A stretch of 64,000 nucleotides of DNA from Candidatus Pacearchaeota archaeon (lineage in GTDB: Archaea; Nanobdellota; Nanobdellia; Pacearchaeales; JAPDKA01). The translations under genes and the position numbers were made by a program. Shown in pieces: positions 58,808 through 64,000 of this stretch; within the stretch, counting starts at the first letter, position 1, and every line of letters starts with the position of its first letter. The stretch covers positions 28,170 through 92,169 of the forward strand of contig JAWBVE010000002.1 of the NCBI GenBank assembly GCA_038840695.1, given 5' to 3'. A model generated the notes under the pieces. The model ran no database searches. It had not been told where the DNA came from and saw only the letters and a program-made list of their open reading frames with translations.

Positions 58808-59878
58808 TTATTTTAAATTAAGCCTACTTTCTACTGCATCAAGAATTTTTTTTAGCACACGAGAATAGCCCTTTATATCTGGAATTTTGTAGTTAGAAAA
58901 AGCTTTTACAAGATGGCCATCTATGCACCAGCCACAATTCGGATTTGCTTCCATAAAATAAGGCCTATCATCTTTAAATCTAAAATCAAATCTTGCATAA
59001 TCTCTACATCCAAGCTTATTGAAAAGATAGGCTGAATAATCCTCGAGTTCTTTTCTTAGCTTCTTTGATATTTGTGCCTTTCTTGATGATGTTTTTTTCC
59101 AGTCCTCTGACTCAGGATCCCATTTTGCACTAGCTGTATTAAAACTTGTTGCACCAAAGACCTCTTCTATGAGTTTAATTTCTAAGTTATCACCATTTCC
59201 AATTATTGCAGCGCTAATTTCTTTGCCAGGCAAATACTCCTCTATGAGCAAGGTTTCATCTCTTCCTAGAGCGCGGCATTTTTGCCTAATATTTTCAACT
59301 TGCTTAACTAATTCGTCAAAATTTTTTACTAGGCTTTTCTCATCTATGCAAAAACTTCCATCACCATAATTCGGTTTTACAAAGGCGGGAAAATCAAAAG
59401 GCAAAGCCTTAATCTCTTGTCCTGGCGTGAGTAAAAGGTGTTTTGTAACAGGAATATTAGCATATCTAGCTATAGCCTTAACAGCCCACTTATTGTAACA
59501 AAGCAATAAGCATCTTGGGCCAGCACCGCTATAGCGCAAGCCATAACTTTCAAGCAATTCTGGAATGAATGCCTCTTTCTCAGGATCATTTTTCAAGCCC
59601 TCATCACAAAAATTTAACACAAAATCACAATTTGTCTTAGCTTCATCAAGCTTTTTTTCTAACTCATCGTGCCTTCCTTTTTGATAAAACCCATTTCCTT
59701 CTTTGATATAATCAGGAAAATATTCAAAGTTATAACCTTGCAAGAGGCTAAGAGCTTGCTTTAGTTGCCAAATCACTTCGAAGTCCTCTGGATTAAATTT
59801 GTTTCCTTTTTTTACAGGATCAGGGTAGCTAGCATCTCCTAGCAGCACTAAAACATTTTTTATTTTTTTCTTTCCCAT
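58808..59878 (-). CDS. D-Ala-D-Ala ligase-like ATP-grasp enzyme
   Basis: YSGA, NK, FVKP..GDGS, IEEYLPGKE, RDYARFDFR and EANPN motifs. Confidence 0.85.
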   Translation of the reverse strand: MGKKKIKNVLVLLGDASYPDPVKKGNKFNPEDFEVIWQLKQALSLLQGYNFEYFPDYIKEGNGFYQKGRHDELEKKLDEAKTNCDFVLNFCDEGLKNDPEKEAFIPELLESYGLRYSGAGPRCLLLCYNKWAVKAIARYANIPVTKHLLLTPGQEIKALPFDFPAFVKPNYGDGSFCIDEKSLVKNFDELVKQVENIRQKCRALGRDETLLIEEYLPGKEISAAIIGNGDNLEIKLIEEVFGATSFNTASAKWDPESEDWKKTSSRKAQISKKLRKELEDYSAYLFNKLGCRDYARFDFRFKDDRPYFMEANPNCGWCIDGHLVKAFSNYKIPDIKGYSRVLKKILDAVESRLNLK

Positions 59879-60011
59879 TTTGCTATAAAGTAGCCGAAAT
59901 TTATAAATTTTATTTTTTTACTACTCAAAAATTAAGTAACAATTAAAAAGCCAAGAATTGGTTTAAGCAAGAGCATCATTATATTTATAATCTAAAAAAG
60001 CAAAAATAATC

Positions 60012-60581
60012 ATGCGAGAGTTTGTTTATTTTAGCAGAACAGCATGGACTACTGGCAATTTCAAAGATTTGATGAAAGCTGGAAGGCTTGATATAGCTTG
60101 TCACACAGTCATTATGGCTTTTTTTATTTCGAGAGCAAGAAGACAAGATGTAAGGTTGCATTTATTTTTTTATGGCCCTCCTGATCCGCCAAAGCATATT
60201 ATAATTGGCCCAAGAGCACCAATAAGTAAAAAAGATATTGGAAGTTTATTTAAAATTATACTCTATAAATATAAGCCGGGCAAGCTTACAGAAGCTCTTG
60301 AGGATTGCTTCATTGAAAAGCGGAGCCTCATAGACTTTATCGAGTCACTTGCACAAGAAGGTAGGCATATTTATATTTTAGATGAGAGAGGCCAGGACAT
60401 AAGGCAGGTTGAGATAGCGGAAAGCCCTGTCTTTATTTTTGGTGATCATCGTGGCTTGCCGCTTAAAGAAAAAAAGAGACTAAGCAAGAAAGCAAAAAAA
60501 GTTTCACTCGGAAAAGTAACTTACATGGCTAGTCAGGCTCTAGCTATCTTGCAAAACGAGCTAGATAGGAGGGGGCTTTGA
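60012..60581 (+). CDS. trmY: tRNA (pseudouridine54-N1) methyltransferase TrmY-like (SPOUT)
   Basis: AGRLD, R.DV, GPP.PP, F.FGDH.G, VSLG and ELDR motifs. Confidence 0.85.
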   Translation: MREFVYFSRTAWTTGNFKDLMKAGRLDIACHTVIMAFFISRARRQDVRLHLFFYGPPDPPKHIIIGPRAPISKKDIGSLFKIILYKYKPGKLTEALEDCFIEKRSLIDFIESLAQEGRHIYILDERGQDIRQVEIAESPVFIFGDHRGLPLKEKKRLSKKAKKVSLGKVTYMASQALAILQNELDRRGL

Positions 60582-60827
60582 TAGAAACAAAGGAAAAAAG
60601 AATAAAGGAAAAACAAAGGGAAAAAGAAAAAGAATTTAATAACAAAAAGTATCTAAAGGGATAAGAGAGATAAGTTGGCACATAATGAAAAATAAAAAAG
60701 CAAAATAAAAAAGTAAAATAAAAAAAGAGAAGGAAAAAGGATAAAAAAGCGACAAAACAAAGCAAATAAAAAATAAAAAACAGCAACAAAAAACAAAAAG
60801 TAAAAAGCAAAAAAGACAAAAGTAAAG

Positions 60828-62315
60828 ATGGCGAGAATTGATGAGATAATAAAAGAAAGACTAAGAAAGATTGAAGAACTTAAAAAGCTTAATATAGCCC
60901 TTTATCCATACTCTTTTACTAGAACTAATTTTGCCTCAGAGCTTCAACAGAGCTTTTCAAAGCTAAAGCCTGGCGAGAAATCGAGCGTGAGAGCCAGTAT
61001 TGCGGGCAGAGTTATGGCAATTAGGCTTATGGGCAAAATAAACTTTGCAACTTTGCAGGATGGAAGTGGAAAAATTCAAGCAGTTATTCAGGAAGATGCA
61101 ATTGGAAAAGAGCAACTTAATTTTTTTATTAAATATATTGATGTTGGGGATATCATTGGTGTGAGCGGCTATGTTATTAGAACGCAGCGAGGAGAGCTAA
61201 GTATTTTGGCAGATAGAATAGAGATCCTAAGTAAGGCACTTTTACCTCTTCCTGAAAAATGGCATGGCTTAAAGGATGTAGAAGAGCGCTATCGAAAGCG
61301 TTATCTTGACTTGATAATGAATACTAATGTGAGAGAAGTTTTTATTCAGAGAGCAGAAATAATAAATGCTATTCGAGAGTTTCTTAATGCAAGGGGCTTT
61401 GTTGAGGTAGAAACCCCTCTTTTGCAGCCAATTTATGGCGGAGCTCGTGCAAGACCATTCATAACAGAGCTTCACGAGCTGCATATGAAGATGTATCTTT
61501 CAATTTCGCCAGAGCTTTATCTTAAAAGGCTTGTTGTTGGGGGCTTTGAGAAAGTCTATACTATATGCAAGAATTTTAGAAATGAGGGCATTGACAGAAG
61601 CCACAATCCTGAATTTACGATGCTAGAGGCCTATTGTGCTTATTCAGATTATAATGATATGATGGCACTCTTTGAGGAAATATGGGTGCATGTGTTAAGA
61701 AAGCTTGGAAAAGAAGAAAAGGAAAAGCTTGAATATCAGGGCAATTTGCTTAATTTCAGAAGGCCATGGCAAAGGCTAACAGTATATGATGCATTGAAGA
61801 AATATGCAGGGCTCGACGTAAAAAGCATGACTGATAAAGAGCTTTTAGAGAAAGCCAATGAGCTAAGAAAAGAAGCAAAACTCGAGCCAATTCCTAGAGG
61901 CACTCCTCGAGGCTTAATTATAGAAGAACTTTTTAAGGAAGTAGAAGACAAGCTTATCCAGCCAACACACATAATTGATCATCCAAAGGAAACAACGCCA
62001 CTTTGCAAGGAAAAGCGAGGTGATCCAGAGCTCATCGAGAGAAGTGAGCCTTATGTTGCAGGTCTCGAAGTAGGCAATATATATTCAGAGCTTAATGATC
62101 CGATATTACAAAAAAAACTTCTTGAAGAACAGGCAGCATTCCTGAAAAAGCAAGGCTTTGTGCATCCTATCGATAAAGACTTTATTGAAGCTATAAGCTA
62201 TGGCATGCCGCCTTGCGGGGGCCTAGGGCTTGGCATTGATAGAATGGTAATGATCCTAACAAATCAGCCATCAATAAGAGATGTTATTTTGTTTCCTTTT
62301 ATGAAGCAACTTTAG
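60828..62315 (+). CDS. lysS: Lysyl-tRNA synthetase, class II
   Basis: OB fold; RYRKRYLDL, GGARARPF, FRNEG....HNPEF, YSELND and GLGIDR motifs. Confidence 0.97.
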   Translation: MARIDEIIKERLRKIEELKKLNIALYPYSFTRTNFASELQQSFSKLKPGEKSSVRASIAGRVMAIRLMGKINFATLQDGSGKIQAVIQEDAIGKEQLNFFIKYIDVGDIIGVSGYVIRTQRGELSILADRIEILSKALLPLPEKWHGLKDVEERYRKRYLDLIMNTNVREVFIQRAEIINAIREFLNARGFVEVETPLLQPIYGGARARPFITELHELHMKMYLSISPELYLKRLVVGGFEKVYTICKNFRNEGIDRSHNPEFTMLEAYCAYSDYNDMMALFEEIWVHVLRKLGKEEKEKLEYQGNLLNFRRPWQRLTVYDALKKYAGLDVKSMTDKELLEKANELRKEAKLEPIPRGTPRGLIIEELFKEVEDKLIQPTHIIDHPKETTPLCKEKRGDPELIERSEPYVAGLEVGNIYSELNDPILQKKLLEEQAAFLKKQGFVHPIDKDFIEAISYGMPPCGGLGLGIDRMVMILTNQPSIRDVILFPFMKQL

Positions 62316-62362
62316 TTACTTTAAAATAGTTAAATTTTTAAAATATTAAACTATAAAAATTT

Positions 62363-62983
62363 ATGAAAAAAATAAAAAAAACTATAAGAAAGGCAACAGC
62401 AATTTTTGCAACTCTTTATATGCTTCTTATGCCTGTCTATGCCTATTCAAAAAACGAGACAAAATCAAAGGAAGAAAAAGTAGAAATAATGCCAGATCTC
62501 TGTTTATATTGTGCCTTTATCTTAGGAAGAAACTGGAATCAACTCTATGAAGAAAAACAAGATAAAGATAAAAGCGAGAACATAAAATTTCTTTATAATT
62601 ATTTTAACGAGCATCCATTAACTAGAAAATCCTTGCTTGCTGGCATGTTATTTGGTAAGGAAGATAAAGAAAGTTACAAGAAAGGATTGTCGATGATAGA
62701 AGACATTATTAATGAAATTAAGCGATATAAAAATGATGATTGGTTTTGGGAAAAAGAAATGATATTTTTTTTAAAGCAAGAAGCAAATGCATACTTAAAC
62801 TTAGAAAATCCTGATAATGCAAAAAAAGCTATAGAGGAAGCATTGAAATTGGCTGAAAGAATGGGAGATAGCAATAGATATGAAGCATCCTTTCGCGATG
62901 CAATTAAAAGAGAATTAGAACTTCTCTTAGAGTTAATTAAACTAATTAAGAAATCAAAAAATCCAATAAAAAATAATTTTTAA
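62363..62983 (+). CDS. Secreted helical (TPR-like) hypothetical protein
   Basis: Signal peptide; A.AY..L.....A...IEEAL helix pair. Confidence 0.6.
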   Translation: MKKIKKTIRKATAIFATLYMLLMPVYAYSKNETKSKEEKVEIMPDLCLYCAFILGRNWNQLYEEKQDKDKSENIKFLYNYFNEHPLTRKSLLAGMLFGKEDKESYKKGLSMIEDIINEIKRYKNDDWFWEKEMIFFLKQEANAYLNLENPDNAKKAIEEALKLAERMGDSNRYEASFRDAIKRELELLLELIKLIKKSKNPIKNNF

Positions 62984-63090
62984 TTTTTTGTTTTAGTATT
63001 TTTCTCTCGATGCCTTTTTGATTAAGTTCTTCATTTTGAGTTGACATTATATAATAGTAAACTTTTTAAAGTCATAAAATACTTCATCTC

Positions 63091-63735
63091 ATGAAAAAAA
63101 TACTAAGAATACCAGTTATTTCAGCTATTGTTTACTCACTTTTATTTAGCCCACAATTTAACGCAATAGCGCAAGAAAAAGCAGAAAAATTAAATGATGC
63201 ACGGGCTCCTGGATTTGCTTGTGATACAGCATTTATGTATTATGGAAAAAAGAGAATGGCGAAAGAGGAAGAAAATTATATTAGAAAAAAGCTAAAAGAA
63301 TGGAATGAAATTGAGAAAGAAGCCTTTAATGTGTGCTCTCTTCTTGCACAAGAGAAATATGTTGAAGGAATAAAAAAGTTAGATGAATTCATTGAAAAAT
63401 ATGAAAAAAATTATAAAAAAGATGGGTGGTTTTTCCCAATAACAATGATGTATTTCCTTAATCAAAAGATTAATGCAACTTTAATGCTAGGAAAGAAAGA
63501 TGAGTGCCTAAAAACAGTTGAAAAAATGAATCAAACAATGCGAGCCATGAACCCAGAAGAGATAATTGAAGAAACGAATCAAACACCGCAAGCCACAGGC
63601 CAAGAAGAGATAACTCTCGATTTAATAAAGGGATTTAAGGAAATCGCTTATTCATTTAAAAATCTATTAGAGTCAATTGTTGATTTATCAAAAGTTCAGT
63701 GCGAAACGCTTTTTATTTCTGAAACTGCTGAGTGA
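63091..63735 (+). CDS. Secreted helical hypothetical protein, probable paralog of the upstream gene
   Basis: Signal peptide; shares the YK.D.WF....M..FL.Q..NA.L.L motif. Confidence 0.6.
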   Translation: MKKILRIPVISAIVYSLLFSPQFNAIAQEKAEKLNDARAPGFACDTAFMYYGKKRMAKEEENYIRKKLKEWNEIEKEAFNVCSLLAQEKYVEGIKKLDEFIEKYEKNYKKDGWFFPITMMYFLNQKINATLMLGKKDECLKTVEKMNQTMRAMNPEEIIEETNQTPQATGQEEITLDLIKGFKEIAYSFKNLLESIVDLSKVQCETLFISETAE

Positions 63736-63779
63736 AAGATTTTACTTCTTTGCGAAATTTTTATAGCAGAAACATAAAA

Positions 63780-64000
63780 CTAAATAGAAATAGTATCTTT
63801 AATTTCTTTTATATTAGTTAATAAAAGCGCCCTAGTATTTTTTCTTTCTACAATCGTGTTAGTTTTAGTCCATGTCAGTTCACCAACTTGCTTTCCTGCC
63901 AATATTTCTGCAATCATCTTTCTTACTTGATTAAGTTCTTCATTTAGAACAGGATATGTTGTGACTTTGATATTCTCTTTTTTTATTTCAATTTCACATG
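63780..64000 (-). CDS. 3' end of an unidentified CDS (window-truncated)
   Basis: Open frame of 72 codons ending in TAG at 63780-63782. Confidence 0.5.
   Translation of the reverse strand, partial: CEIEIKKENIKVTTYPVLNEELNQVRKMIAEILAGKQVGELTWTKTNTIVERKNTRALLLTNIKEIKDTISI

Noticed and set aside
53-61972. Numerous antisense ORFs of 60-170 aa rich in Phe/Ser/Leu
   Set aside because: They are shadows of Lys/Glu-rich genes on the opposite strand and carry no independent motifs.

Overview
A 64-kb, AT-rich, gene-dense chromosomal segment from an archaeon. Cdc6, PolD, aRF1, S19e/L31e/L39e/L41e, Rpo7/Rpo11 and Spt4 are present; the gene content suggests a DPANN lineage such as Pacearchaeota (inference). 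Most of the window is information-processing machinery: five aminoacyl-tRNA synthetases, three tRNAs, tRNA-modification enzymes, a cdc6-DP1-DP2 cluster with an ORB-bearing upstream origin candidate, Lhr and XerA. The most unusual part is 18-23.4 kb. It holds xerA with a 28-bp dif-like site just upstream, a multi-HTH protein, and two convergent coiled-coil/winged-helix genes whose coding sequences carry frame-independent DNA tandem repeats. One of these genes also contains an inverted pair of ORB-like boxes around a T-rich spacer, so it looks like a replication origin written inside a gene. A ~220-nt highly structured RNA that I cannot assign to a family follows. Several bacterial-type genes are also notable: a GGDEF diguanylate cyclase, an MltD-like lytic transglycosylase with two LysM domains, and a Ddl-like ATP-grasp ligase. 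All calls come from reading motifs by eye; no database searches were run.
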